64,000 nucleotides of DNA from Spirochaetia bacterium (GTDB lineage Bacteria; Spirochaetota; Spirochaetia; UBA9216): positions 1,248,001 to 1,312,000 of the forward strand of contig CAXXYH010000004.1 in the NCBI GenBank assembly GCA_963677925.2. The letters run 5' to 3'. Positions 25,270-35,599 of this stretch are shown one piece after another (position 1 is the stretch's first letter; every line of letters begins with the position of its first letter). The notes under the pieces were generated by a model. That model was not told the origin of the DNA. It searched no databases and saw only the letters and a list, made by a program, of their open reading frames with translations. The translations under genes and the position numbers were made by a program.

Positions 25270-26208
25270 CTACTTCAGATTCTTAATCTTTTCTCTGTAA
25301 AACTCAGTTCCCTGTGACAGTTTATTAAGAATCGGTTCGATTGCCCAAATTCTTTCATATACATCATAGGTTATAGCCCTCGATTTAACAGTGTCAAAAT
25401 TGCCAATTTGCTTATGATACATTTTAGCAATAACCGGATATCCGTAGGACTCAGTGCATGCAGCGAGTACGAGAAATGTAGCCAGCTCTTCAGCTTCTTC
25501 AGGATATTTCTCACCGTTGGTATATAACCATTTATAGAGGTCAGGGTGAAAGTTCGCAAGTACTCCGTTGAATCCTTTTGACCCTGCTTTCATGGCGTCC
25601 CATGCAATAGCGGCATTAGCATTTAAGATGGAAATTCCTGATTCTTTTGTTATCCGGATACGGTTCTTGATTGTTTCAAGATCACAAGATACGTCTTTAA
25701 CCATGTTAAAGCGTCCGGTATCTGCCATATATTTCAACTCATCATCGGTGATCAGCCTTCGGAACGGAGCCGGACATTCATACATTCCCAGAGGAATATC
25801 CCCGGGCAGCTTGTCAATTAACCAGTTCAGGTTCCCTATGAAGGTTTCTGTTCCGCGTTGGTGAGGATCCAGGTGATTTGATACAAGAACTATTCCATCG
25901 GCTCCGGAATCAACTGCAGCTGTTAATTCCTCGATTTGATCATATGGGTCATCACTGATATGGCCGCTCGCAACTACAGGAATTCGACCATTAACGTATT
26001 TTACTACGGTTCGGGCAAGTTCTGCTCGTTCGTTTAGAGATAGATGCTGCATCTCACTTGATTGACATACTGCAAACAGAGCATCTGCTCCCATTTTTAT
26101 ATACCATTCTACGATTCTCTCAAGGCTCTTATAATCAATCCGGTTGTCCTCGGTAAAAGGTGTAATCATTACGGGTACTATGCCCTCGATTACTTTATTG
26201 CTTTTCAT
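25270..26208 (-). CDS. Dihydrodipicolinate synthase/N-acetylneuraminate lyase family aldolase (CQSSE type)
   Basis: GIVPVMITPF, AVCQSSE in place of GTTGE, YECP, Schiff-base Lys in VKDVSC. Confidence 0.85.
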   Translation of the reverse strand: MKSNKVIEGIVPVMITPFTEDNRIDYKSLERIVEWYIKMGADALFAVCQSSEMQHLSLNERAELARTVVKYVNGRIPVVASGHISDDPYDQIEELTAAVDSGADGIVLVSNHLDPHQRGTETFIGNLNWLIDKLPGDIPLGMYECPAPFRRLITDDELKYMADTGRFNMVKDVSCDLETIKNRIRITKESGISILNANAAIAWDAMKAGSKGFNGVLANFHPDLYKWLYTNGEKYPEEAEELATFLVLAACTESYGYPVIAKMYHKQIGNFDTVKSRAITYDVYERIWAIEPILNKLSQGTEFYREKIKNLK

Positions 26209-26276
26209 TATTTTCTCCTTAATATAGAATCAATTTGCTTATTCTCAGTTAAGATAGTATCGAACAAAATAAACAC

Positions 26277-27236
26277 TTAATCCACCTGAAAAACCGGTTC
26301 TTTACCTGTGATTACATTATAAATATTCTGGAAACAGCATTCTCCGATACGTATTGTTGCCTCTTGAGTAGATGCTCCTATATGAGGGAATGCTATTACT
26401 CTGGGATGATTTACCAGATCGAAAGATCTAGTCGGCTCTTCTCTGAAAGCATCTATAGCTGCGCTGCTGATAATCTGTTGATTTAATGCCGTAAGTAAAT
26501 CATCTTCATTTACTATTCCTCCTCTTGCCATATTTATTAAAGAAACATTCGGTTTCATCATCTTCATCTCATGCAGCGTAATAAGGTTCCTGGTTTCTTC
26601 TGTAAGCGGAATATTTAATGTTATATAATCTGATTCTTTGTAGAGTTGCTCCAGACCGGTATATTCAAATTCATATTCTTCAATAAGTTTATAATCAGCG
26701 ACGATATCATATACAAGTACTTTCATATTAAATCCCGACAAAAGCTTTAAAATATTTTTTCCGACATTACCCATACCAATTATGCCTAGTGTTTTGCGGG
26801 ACAACTCTGTACCAAGACTGGAATCCCATATACCATTTTTCATGGCATTATTTATGCAAAAAATATCTCGGGCCAAACCAAGCATTGAGGCTACAACAAG
26901 TTCCGCTACAGCAAGGCTGTTTAATCCCTGACAATTGGTCACCTTGATTCCAAGTTCCTTTGCAGTCTGCTTATCTACATTATCAGTCCCGATTCCATGC
27001 TTGCATACTACCTTCAGTTTTGTTCCGCTCATTAATACAGTTTTTGTTATGTCTTCCAGACCAAATATATAACCATCGACATCCTTTATTAGATTTACTA
27101 CTTCATCCTCGGACAGTTTTGCATTTGAAAAACAGGTGATGACTTCAACACCCTTTTCCTGAAATTTTTTTATCATATGACTGTTTACGATGGCAGATTC
27201 TTTTTCTGTCAAAGTTATAAGTACTTTTAATCCCAT
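26277..27236 (-). CDS. D-2-hydroxyacid dehydrogenase (phosphoglycerate dehydrogenase-like)
   Basis: GIGTDNVD, GIIGMGNVG Rossmann motif, INMARGG, EEP, PHIGAST; AGGAG RBS before 27236. Confidence 0.9.
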   Translation of the reverse strand: MGLKVLITLTEKESAIVNSHMIKKFQEKGVEVITCFSNAKLSEDEVVNLIKDVDGYIFGLEDITKTVLMSGTKLKVVCKHGIGTDNVDKQTAKELGIKVTNCQGLNSLAVAELVVASMLGLARDIFCINNAMKNGIWDSSLGTELSRKTLGIIGMGNVGKNILKLLSGFNMKVLVYDIVADYKLIEEYEFEYTGLEQLYKESDYITLNIPLTEETRNLITLHEMKMMKPNVSLINMARGGIVNEDDLLTALNQQIISSAAIDAFREEPTRSFDLVNHPRVIAFPHIGASTQEATIRIGECCFQNIYNVITGKEPVFQVD

Positions 27237-27313
27237 TAGATTTCTCCTGAAATCATGTTCTGTAAACACTAGGCTGTTAAAGTGTTTAAGTATTTAAAGA
27301 AGATTTTTTAAAA

Positions 27314-27342
27314 ATCATAGCTTTACATATGACATATGTCAA
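27314..27342 (-). promoter_or_regulatory. sigma70 promoter of the dehydrogenase/aldolase genes with an embedded palindrome (candidate FadR operator)
   Basis: Minus strand TTGACA-17 bp-TATGAT; ACATATG-A-CATATGT at 27325-27339. Confidence 0.7.
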
Positions 27343-27439
27343 CAATAAAGAGAATTTAGAAAACTTTTATTTTCACAGCATGGATTCCCGGCAGCTGTTT
27401 TTATTGACAGTCTGCACTTTTTACTTAATTATAATTGGT

Positions 27440-28159
27440 ATGAGAAAGGTCCAGCCTTTTAACCAGCAGACTAAATCTGAATTTGTGGAATCGCAGTTAG
27501 AAAAACTTATTCTCTCATCCCAATACAAAGAGGGGGACAGGTTGCCTTCTCAGAGTGAATTATCAAATCAATTCAATGTCGGGACCAGGATTATCAGAGA
27601 AGTGTTAAAGCATCTTGAAGCTAAAGGTTTAGTTTCGTTGGAGCAGGGACGGGGTGTTTTTGTCCGAAAACAGCGGCTTGATTTCTATCTAAAATCATTA
27701 ACAGCCAGTATTTCTAATGAACTTCCTCAAAATAAAAAAGTTCTTATAGACCTGACCAAGGCAAGGGAACTCTGGGAAATTTATGCTTTAGAGCAATTTA
27801 TGGAGAACCCTGATTCTGAATTTTTAGAAAAGATGAATGGCTTGGTTAATAAGATGGAAATCTTGAGCAGGGAAAAAGATATGGCAGAATATCGCGCCCT
27901 TGATATAGAGTTTCATAGGAGTCTGGTCTCCGTTCTTCATAATGATGTAATTGATTATATGTATAAGCATCTTACCAATCTTCTTATGTACAGCATAATT
28001 AATACCGAGCAAAAAAATAATTATACTGGACTTACTGATCATAAGGAGGTGCTGCAATTTCTAACAGAAGGAAATGTTGAAGGAGCTGTAAAAACTATAC
28101 GGGGACATTTCGCAAAAACTGTTCAAACCATTCAATCGTTAGATACTATCCAGGATTAA
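27440..28159 (+). CDS. GntR/FadR family transcriptional regulator
   Basis: GDRLPSQSELSNQFNVGTRIIRE wHTH, QGRGVFV, FCD domain DIEFH; start at ATG 27440. Confidence 0.92.
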   Translation: MRKVQPFNQQTKSEFVESQLEKLILSSQYKEGDRLPSQSELSNQFNVGTRIIREVLKHLEAKGLVSLEQGRGVFVRKQRLDFYLKSLTASISNELPQNKKVLIDLTKARELWEIYALEQFMENPDSEFLEKMNGLVNKMEILSREKDMAEYRALDIEFHRSLVSVLHNDVIDYMYKHLTNLLMYSIINTEQKNNYTGLTDHKEVLQFLTEGNVEGAVKTIRGHFAKTVQTIQSLDTIQD

Positions 28160-28182
28160 GCTAAATATTATATCTGAAAGTA

Positions 28183-30204
28183 TCAATTAATAACGGTTTT
28201 ATCAGCTTCGTAGAAAGCTTCCGTCAGATTGCTGTTAAGCGTCTGATTATATAAGTCATATTTTTTCATTTTACGCCATAAGGTTGTTAAACTGATTCCA
28301 AGGACATCAGCTGCGCTTTTTCTGTTACCGTTAAACCGGGTTAATGCTGCAATTATCTTATCCTTTTCATCTGAGAATAATAGATTTGATTGAACTTCAG
28401 GTTCTATATTTTTTTCAGTTTGAACTTTCCTGGATTTAAACATGTATACATCTTGTATCTGCTTTTTTAAGAAGGCGGCTGAAATGATATTGCGATCAGC
28501 CACTACAATCAATCGTTCACAGAAATTTCTTAACTGACGGATATTACCCTTCCATTCGAAATCAAGCAGCAGCTTTTTTGCCTGTTCATCTAACTGTATA
28601 ATTTTATTATAGGTTTCCCCGAAAATTTGTAAAAAATGCTCAGTTAAAAGAATTGCATCTGAATCTCTGTTTCTTAACGGAGGAATAAATAAAGTTAATA
28701 CATTAAGCCTGTAGAATAGATCTTCTCTGAACTTATCCTGTTCAACTAAATCCATCAGGTTTTTATTTGAAGCCGCTATAATCCTGATATTAACATGCTT
28801 AACTTCATTTGAACCGACTCTGGTGAATGAACGTTCTTCCAGGACTCTAAGCAATCGCAGTTGGGCATTAATGTCCATTTCTGAAATTTCATCCAGGAAG
28901 ATTGTTCCTTTATCTGCTATCTCTATAAGCCCTTTTTTCCCCTTTTTTGATGCCCCGGTGAATGCTCCTTCAACATAGCCGAATAATTCGCTTTCAAGCA
29001 GATGGAGCGGTATTGCACCGCAATTAAGAGCAACAAAGGGTCCATTATTTCTTAAGCTGTTATTATGAATGCTTTGTGCAAAAACTTCTTTTCCTGTTCC
29101 TGTTTCGCCGAAAATAAGAATATTAGAGTCGTATCTTGCAAATTGCGCAGCGAGTCTCTTTGTTTCGATTATTGCAGGAGATTCTCCTTTAATATTTGAA
29201 AAATCATATCTTGCTGAGTTATTTGCATTTTTTGGAGTTTTTGAAGAGTTTTCTATACTATTCTTGTCATTCAGTAGGATGAAGTTTGCAACTGCAGTAC
29301 CCGAATCGGTGTTTTGAATTACGGGATTTATATTTAATACAATTACTGCATGTCCAATATCTATTATTCTTCCGAATATATTTGCTCCGGTGTTTAAGAT
29401 AGTATCTATTTCTGATTTATTTAATTCAGGAATTAAATTGCATATCTGTGAGCCGATAATCTCTGTCTTTGGAAGCCTGAAAATTTTACAAACCGCTGAA
29501 TTGCATATTAATATATTACCCTGTTCGTCCAGGGTCATTACTGGATGAAAAGAATAATCTATAAGAGTTTCAAGTTCCTTCTTCTTTTTTTTCATTTCCA
29601 GATTTGCGAGAGCAATATTTTTTGCATATCTGAAACCCTCTTTGAAGAAATCCGGTTCCTGAACAGGTTCGAAAAAAGTAGGTAAGCCCATTTCTTCTGC
29701 AAAAGGCTGAATTTTCTTATTGCACGCGATTATATCGAAATTTTCATCTATTATTTTTTTTAACGTAGTTTTTATCAGAGCCGGGTGGTCTGATTCAAGC
29801 GCAAAATTCTTTATTTCTATATCATATGTTTCACTGAATATTTTTTCATTTATCTGGAGATGTGAGCTGCTCACCAATCCAATTTTTTTAATATTATTCG
29901 TTTTCGATAAATTTGTTTTATTTCTTATCTTATTTAAAATACTCATTGTTTCGGTAGCGGAGAAAACGATTGGTAAAAATGGTATTGAGCAGTTAATTTC
30001 TTTTAATTTATCTATTATTCTGCCCCTGCTGATTACGATATCGAAGTACTTTTCTTCTAATTCAAGTATTAATTTTTTTATTTCTTCGGTCCTGTATACA
30101 TCAATAGAAGCGGCAAAAATTTCAATTTCAAGCTCTTTGCTTATATTGGAAATTATCTCTTTATCTAAATGAATATCAGAATATAAATAAGCGATTTTTA
30201 TCAT
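28183..30204 (-). CDS. Sigma54-dependent enhancer-binding protein (PrpR-like N-terminus, PAS, AAA+, Fis HTH)
   Basis: IISRG PrpR_N-like motif, GETGTGKE, ESELFGYVEGAFTGA, FREDLFYRL, LGISLTTLWRKMKKY. Confidence 0.93.
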   Translation of the reverse strand: MIKIAYLYSDIHLDKEIISNISKELEIEIFAASIDVYRTEEIKKLILELEEKYFDIVISRGRIIDKLKEINCSIPFLPIVFSATETMSILNKIRNKTNLSKTNNIKKIGLVSSSHLQINEKIFSETYDIEIKNFALESDHPALIKTTLKKIIDENFDIIACNKKIQPFAEEMGLPTFFEPVQEPDFFKEGFRYAKNIALANLEMKKKKKELETLIDYSFHPVMTLDEQGNILICNSAVCKIFRLPKTEIIGSQICNLIPELNKSEIDTILNTGANIFGRIIDIGHAVIVLNINPVIQNTDSGTAVANFILLNDKNSIENSSKTPKNANNSARYDFSNIKGESPAIIETKRLAAQFARYDSNILIFGETGTGKEVFAQSIHNNSLRNNGPFVALNCGAIPLHLLESELFGYVEGAFTGASKKGKKGLIEIADKGTIFLDEISEMDINAQLRLLRVLEERSFTRVGSNEVKHVNIRIIAASNKNLMDLVEQDKFREDLFYRLNVLTLFIPPLRNRDSDAILLTEHFLQIFGETYNKIIQLDEQAKKLLLDFEWKGNIRQLRNFCERLIVVADRNIISAAFLKKQIQDVYMFKSRKVQTEKNIEPEVQSNLLFSDEKDKIIAALTRFNGNRKSAADVLGISLTTLWRKMKKYDLYNQTLNSNLTEAFYEADKTVIN

Positions 30205-30330
30205 ATTGTACCTTATTCTCTAATGATAACATGTGAAACATTGCATTGCAAATAGAAATGAGTATTTCAAATTGAAATGTTAATTATTATAAAAATGGTA
30301 GAAAACATCGGAATTCAGCTGAATTTTAAT

Positions 30331-30346
30331 TGGCATGTTTCTTGCA
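30331..30346 (+). promoter_or_regulatory. sigma54 (-24/-12) promoter of the hydrolase-Opp operon
   Basis: TGGCATG-TTTC-TTGCA fits TGGCACG-N4-TTGCW; divergent sigma54 activator adjacent; palindrome ATTTCAAATTGAAAT at 30264-30278 is a candidate UAS. Confidence 0.85.
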
Positions 30347-30412
30347 TAAAGCTAAGCATCAAAATATTAAAATTTTAAAAGGATCAGGTATTTCCTGTTC
30401 CTGTTGAGGTAG

Positions 30413-33400
30413 ATGGTAGATATGAGTTCAAAAAGAGTTTCACTTGCGGGCAGGTATCAGGGTATAAGTGAAGTATTGTATCAGGCGACAATTAAAAAAT
30501 CTTTTTATATAGAGAGTTTTGACGGCACCAGACTGGCTGTTGATGTTGTGTTCCCCGCAGAACTGAATGGTGGAACAGCTGATGGTCCCTTTCCGGTGAT
30601 TTTTATAGCTTCCCGTGACAATCGCTTTTTTCCGGAGAAAGGCAACGGTGATGAGGTTGTCAGCAGTCTGGTATTGCATGGATATATTATTGCAGTAGCT
30701 CAACTCAGGGGCTGCGGAGCTTCATTTGGTTACAACGACAGTTTTGCAGGAATGCTACACAGGAAAGATTCCGCTTTTATAATTAACTGGGTTGAAAAAC
30801 AGCCCTGGTGTAATGGGAATGTCGGAATGGTCGGAACCTCCAACCGGGCCTTTATTCAGTATGCAACGGCAACGCTCCAGCCTAAGGCCCTTAAGGCAAT
30901 TACACCAAGTGTGGCAATTACTGATTTTTATTATCAGAATTATCCAAACGGTGTTTCAGCAGTTCCGGGCAGAATGCTTGCAGAAGGAAAAACTGAAAAG
31001 CTTACAAAAGAGCAGCTGCTTGAAAAAGTTGTGCCGGTAGATTCAGATGCTGACGGCAGTATTGCTTATAAGGCCTATGAACAGGATCAGTACGGAAGAA
31101 ATAAGAACTTTGTAAAAAATCTTCTGTTTCCCAATATGCTCAGAGACACCCCAAACCAGAATTTTGACGGGGAACCTACTAATATTACAATACCGCCTGT
31201 TACAGATATTGAAAAGCTGGTTGATAGCGGAGTGAAGCAGCATCAGCTTATCGGTATGTTTGAATCCGGGGCTCTGGGTCAGCTGGCTCATTATAAAAAA
31301 ATGGGCGGAAGTTTTGTTATGGGCCCGTGGAACCACCGCCAGGTACGGAAGGGTAATCCTGATGTTCCTGAAGGTCTTTTTGATTTTGTATCTGAATATC
31401 ACCGCTGGCTGGATTTCTCGCTCAAGGGTCTTGATAACGGTTTTGAAAACGCGCCTCCCGTCTGCTACTACACAGTAAACGCAAAGGACGGAGAGTTCTG
31501 GCGTTATGCTGATACCTGGCCGCTTGAGAATATAAAGCCGGCAGTACTGTATCTGAACAGTAAAAAATCAGTTACCTGCGGCTCGGTTAATGACGGCAGT
31601 CTTACCCAGTACCCGGAAGAGAAGGCTGCTGGTACTGATTATAAAGTAGATACTTCTATCCAGGTCTTCGACAACAATGACGGCAAGGGTGGAACCTACG
31701 ACCGTATGATGATGTACTGGGAAGGCGACATGACTGAAGGTGTTGATAACAAGGGCCTTACCTTTACCTCCGCACCTTTTTTTGCCAGGTATGAAAATCA
31801 GATAGCAGGCTGTGTTTCAGTTGATCTCTGGGTTTCCTCATCATCAGATGATGCTGATTTTATTGTTTACCTGGAAGAAGTTACTTCTGACGGTAAATCA
31901 AGATTCATCAAGGACGGCGTAATAAGAGCCTCTCACCGGACTGTAGATTCAAACAAAGAATGGGAATCTCTGGGTGCAACACACCATACAAGTATGCAGG
32001 AGGATGTTGCCGCAAGACTTGAAGAGGGAATGTCTGAACCTGTGAATCTGAAATTTGCTATTGAACCTGTCTCATATATTTTCGGTACCGGAAGCCGGCT
32101 CAGAATTACAATAACCTGTGCTGATAAGAATACATATCAGCATATGTATAATGAAAACAACCTTCCTGTTATTACTGTACATACAGGCGGAGAGTTCAAC
32201 TCAAGCATTACTGTTCCCTTTGTTGAGCATATAAATAATGTCTACAACGGAAGATTTGAAAGCTCTACGTATTCGGGGCCGGGAACTATGTATTTCTTTG
32301 ACCGTAATATCTATGCATATAAAAATGGAAGCTGGGACAAGCTGCCTGCAGATTCAAATTCCGCGGAATACACAATTATTGACGGTGTTGCATGTTTTGA
32401 GAATGCAGGTTTTACATTTGTGCATGAGGGGTTGCCACTAAAAGACGGTATTATGCAGGAGTATGAGGGCGGCGATGAACAGATTCAGCCTCTGCCTGTG
32501 TTCAGGCATGAACATCTTGATACGGTTCCTGTTCAGCTCCGGGAGGAAACCCTGTATGTTCCCACTGAAAAAACTCTGTTTCTGGATCTTTTTGTAAAAG
32601 AGCATAATCCGTTAGAGAAAAAGCCCTGTGTTATCTATATACACGGCTATGGAGCGAGCTTTTCAGTATTTACACCCCAGCTTCAGCTGCTGTATGAAAA
32701 TGATTACATAATAGCAGGCATTGATCTTCGTAATTATCCGCCAAATTACTTCCCGGACTATATCCACGATATTAAAGGTTCGGTCAGATTTTTACGTGCA
32801 AATGCTGAACGTTTTGGTATAGATCCGGAGCGAATAGGCTCATATGGAGTATCGCTCGGCGGGAACTCTACTCTTATGCTCGCTGTGTCAGCTGAAGTTC
32901 CTGAACTCGAAGGCGAGGTAGGAGGAAACCTTGAGTTTTCAAGCCGCATACAGGCCGCCGGAGCCGGGTATGCCTGGAGTGATCTTCTTTATATGGGCAG
33001 TGATATAACTGAAGAATACAGCGGACTTCCTGAACTGCAGAAGGAGAAATTTGACCGCACTGACGGAGAATATGCCCCTTGTGCAGAGGTAATAGATTTT
33101 GCCGGTAAGGAAAAAGGAATTGCTGTTCTGCGTGAGTACCTTGAATCAGGATGTCGCGGAACGAATCAGTATCTTGATAGTAAACTTGATGACGCATTTA
33201 GAGCCAGTCCAATTAATTACTGCAGACCTGACTGTCCTCCTATAGCTCTGGTAGGCGGACTTGGGATGTATAAGGTCGATATAGCAAATAATCAGACCAT
33301 ACGGACCTTCAACGAGATGGAAAAAAATAAAGTTTCCTGTTTTATGTACAGCAATACAAAGGGAAATTACGCCAGATTGCCGGAGATATGTATGTCAGTT

Positions 33401-33718
33401 CTGCAGTTTTTTGAAAATAATCTCAAAAATAAAATATTTACAGAAAAAACTGTTTTTGTAAAAGATTCGAACCGCATGATACATAACTACCTGCATCACA
33501 AAACAGAAAATCCTGCTATTCATTTTGAAGGTGAGATGTTAATTCCCTGGAATGATATAAAAGCTGTACATGAACTTCCGGAGGGTGTTTCCGTTAACGG
33601 TGAGATAAGAGAAATAAAGGGCTGTAAATATATCGAGGCCTCGGATGCCGCAGCATTATTTGATCTTGAATACAGTAATTTTCCTGACAAATCAATGCTT
33701 GTTTTTGAGAAAAAGTAG
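30413..33718 (+). CDS. CocE/NonD-family hydrolase fused to a second alpha/beta hydrolase domain and a short C-terminal module
   Basis: DGTRLAVDV, RGCGASFG, QPWCNGNVGMVGTS, GPWNH, PepX-C-like LRITITCAD; second domain IHGYG, VRFLRANAERFGIDPERIGSYGVSLGG. Confidence 0.85.
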   Translation: MVDMSSKRVSLAGRYQGISEVLYQATIKKSFYIESFDGTRLAVDVVFPAELNGGTADGPFPVIFIASRDNRFFPEKGNGDEVVSSLVLHGYIIAVAQLRGCGASFGYNDSFAGMLHRKDSAFIINWVEKQPWCNGNVGMVGTSNRAFIQYATATLQPKALKAITPSVAITDFYYQNYPNGVSAVPGRMLAEGKTEKLTKEQLLEKVVPVDSDADGSIAYKAYEQDQYGRNKNFVKNLLFPNMLRDTPNQNFDGEPTNITIPPVTDIEKLVDSGVKQHQLIGMFESGALGQLAHYKKMGGSFVMGPWNHRQVRKGNPDVPEGLFDFVSEYHRWLDFSLKGLDNGFENAPPVCYYTVNAKDGEFWRYADTWPLENIKPAVLYLNSKKSVTCGSVNDGSLTQYPEEKAAGTDYKVDTSIQVFDNNDGKGGTYDRMMMYWEGDMTEGVDNKGLTFTSAPFFARYENQIAGCVSVDLWVSSSSDDADFIVYLEEVTSDGKSRFIKDGVIRASHRTVDSNKEWESLGATHHTSMQEDVAARLEEGMSEPVNLKFAIEPVSYIFGTGSRLRITITCADKNTYQHMYNENNLPVITVHTGGEFNSSITVPFVEHINNVYNGRFESSTYSGPGTMYFFDRNIYAYKNGSWDKLPADSNSAEYTIIDGVACFENAGFTFVHEGLPLKDGIMQEYEGGDEQIQPLPVFRHEHLDTVPVQLREETLYVPTEKTLFLDLFVKEHNPLEKKPCVIYIHGYGASFSVFTPQLQLLYENDYIIAGIDLRNYPPNYFPDYIHDIKGSVRFLRANAERFGIDPERIGSYGVSLGGNSTLMLAVSAEVPELEGEVGGNLEFSSRIQAAGAGYAWSDLLYMGSDITEEYSGLPELQKEKFDRTDGEYAPCAEVIDFAGKEKGIAVLREYLESGCRGTNQYLDSKLDDAFRASPINYCRPDCPPIALVGGLGMYKVDIANNQTIRTFNEMEKNKVSCFMYSNTKGNYARLPEICMSVLQFFENNLKNKIFTEKTVFVKDSNRMIHNYLHHKTENPAIHFEGEMLIPWNDIKAVHELPEGVSVNGEIREIKGCKYIEASDAAALFDLEYSNFPDKSMLVFEKK

Positions 33719-33765
33719 TTCCGGATTTTTGCCGGTTCTTAAATATATTAAGAGGAGAAGGTTAA

Positions 33766-34722
33766 ATGGGAAAATATATTATCAGAAGACTTCTTTTGAT
33801 GATTCCTGTTCTTTTAGGAGTAACATTATTTGTATTCACACTGCTTTATTTCACCCCCGGTGATCCAGCCCAGATAAAACTGGGAGCAGATGCAACACCG
33901 CAGGAAGTTGATGAGCTCCGTGCTGAATGGGGACTTGATGATCCCTTTCTTGTGCGTTTCGGACGCTACTGCTATAACGCTTTTATAAGATTTGATTTAG
34001 GAAATTCTTATATCAACAACCGAAGCGTTACTGAAGAGATTGTTTCAAGATTTCCAAATACTTTTCTGGTAGCGGCTCTGAGTGTACTTCTCTCTGTTTT
34101 GATTGGTATGCCTCTTGGTGTAGCCTCTGCTGTTAACCAATATTCCTGGAAAGATAATGCATCGATGCTGATAGCTTTGATAGGGGTCTCCATGCCCGGC
34201 TTCTGGGTAGGGTTAATGCTTTCGCTGCTGTTTGCCCTGAAATTGCGGTGGCTGCCGGCAACCGGTTTCAATGGAATTGAATATCTTATAATGCCGTGCT
34301 TTTCAATTGCATTAAATGCGGCAGGAAGAATAGCACGTCAGACCCGTTCGAGTATGCTTGAGGTTATCCGCCAGGATTATATAACCACAGCCCGTGCAAA
34401 GGGTCAGACTGAACGCAACATTATCTATGTTCATGCCCTCAGAAACGCCCTTATACCGGTCATAACTACAGTTGGAGCACTTCTGGGCATACAGATGAGC
34501 GGTGCTATTGTTGCGGAATCGGTCTTCTCAATTCCGGGACTTGGGACTTATATGGTTGGTGCTATCAAGAGCCGTGACTATCTTGCCATTCAGGGAAGCG
34601 TGCTGGTCATTTCAATAACTTTCAGTGTGGTAATGCTTCTTGTTGATATTCTCTACGCCTATGTGGATCCGAGAATCAAGAGCCAGTACCACAAAACTAA
34701 ATCAAAAAAGAAGGCGGCATAG
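33766..34722 (+). CDS. Opp/Dpp-family ABC permease (OppB-like)
   Basis: TPGDPA, TRSSMLEVIRQDYITTARAKG, DPRIK. Confidence 0.93.
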   Translation: MGKYIIRRLLLMIPVLLGVTLFVFTLLYFTPGDPAQIKLGADATPQEVDELRAEWGLDDPFLVRFGRYCYNAFIRFDLGNSYINNRSVTEEIVSRFPNTFLVAALSVLLSVLIGMPLGVASAVNQYSWKDNASMLIALIGVSMPGFWVGLMLSLLFALKLRWLPATGFNGIEYLIMPCFSIALNAAGRIARQTRSSMLEVIRQDYITTARAKGQTERNIIYVHALRNALIPVITTVGALLGIQMSGAIVAESVFSIPGLGTYMVGAIKSRDYLAIQGSVLVISITFSVVMLLVDILYAYVDPRIKSQYHKTKSKKKAA

Positions 34723-34723
34723 A

Positions 34724-35587
34724 ATGGCAGATGCAAAAAAACAGAGAAACAGCTATTTCTGGCTTATCTTAGGTCGACTGAAAAAGAACAAGGTCGCAAT
34801 GGCGGGACTCTTTTTCATGATCTTTATTATCCTTGTCGCGGTTTTTGCAGATTTTATAGCACCATATCCCTATGAACAGCAGGATATTGATAATGTACTT
34901 TCACTGCCCAGCCTCTCTCATCCTATGGGAACTGATAATCTGGGACGCGATATACTCAGTCGGATTATTTACGGCGGACGAATGTCTCTTCGTATGGGAA
35001 TTATCTCAGTTGGTATAGCCGCTATTATTGGCATATTTCTGGGTGCGCTGTGCGGATACTATGTTGGAAAGGTTGACCAGATAATAATGCGTACCCTGGA
35101 TATCTTTCAGTCAATTCCGCCAATACTTACTGCAATTGCAATTGCGGCGGCACTCGGGCCGGGAATCGGAAACGCGATGCTTGCTGTAGGAATATCATTA
35201 ATTCCTTCATACGCCAGAATGACCAGAGCCTCATTCTTAAGTGTCCGGGGAATGGAATATGTTGAAGCTGCAAAAGCTATCAACGCGAAAGATATGAGAA
35301 TAATCGGCAAGCACATCCTGCCTAATGCAATGTCTCCGCTCATTGTCCAGATGACAATGGGAGTTGCCGGTGCAATCCTCATAGCCGCAATGCTCAGCTT
35401 TATCGGTCTCGGTGCCCAGCCTCCGGTTCCGGAATGGGGAGCAATGCTTTCAGGCGGACGAAACTATATTCGTGATTACTGGCATATCGTTTTCTTTCCG
35501 GGAGTGACCATAATGCTGACGGTTCTCTCTCTTAACATGCTCGGTGACGGTCTTCGTGATGCGCTTGACCCAAGGCTTAAGAACTAG
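34724..35587 (+). CDS. Opp/Dpp-family ABC permease (OppC-like)
   Basis: HPMGTDNLGRDILSR, PEWGAML, GDGLRDALDP. Confidence 0.93.
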   Translation: MADAKKQRNSYFWLILGRLKKNKVAMAGLFFMIFIILVAVFADFIAPYPYEQQDIDNVLSLPSLSHPMGTDNLGRDILSRIIYGGRMSLRMGIISVGIAAIIGIFLGALCGYYVGKVDQIIMRTLDIFQSIPPILTAIAIAAALGPGIGNAMLAVGISLIPSYARMTRASFLSVRGMEYVEAAKAINAKDMRIIGKHILPNAMSPLIVQMTMGVAGAILIAAMLSFIGLGAQPPVPEWGAMLSGGRNYIRDYWHIVFFPGVTIMLTVLSLNMLGDGLRDALDPRLKN

Positions 35588-35599
35588 GAGGCCTGTCAT

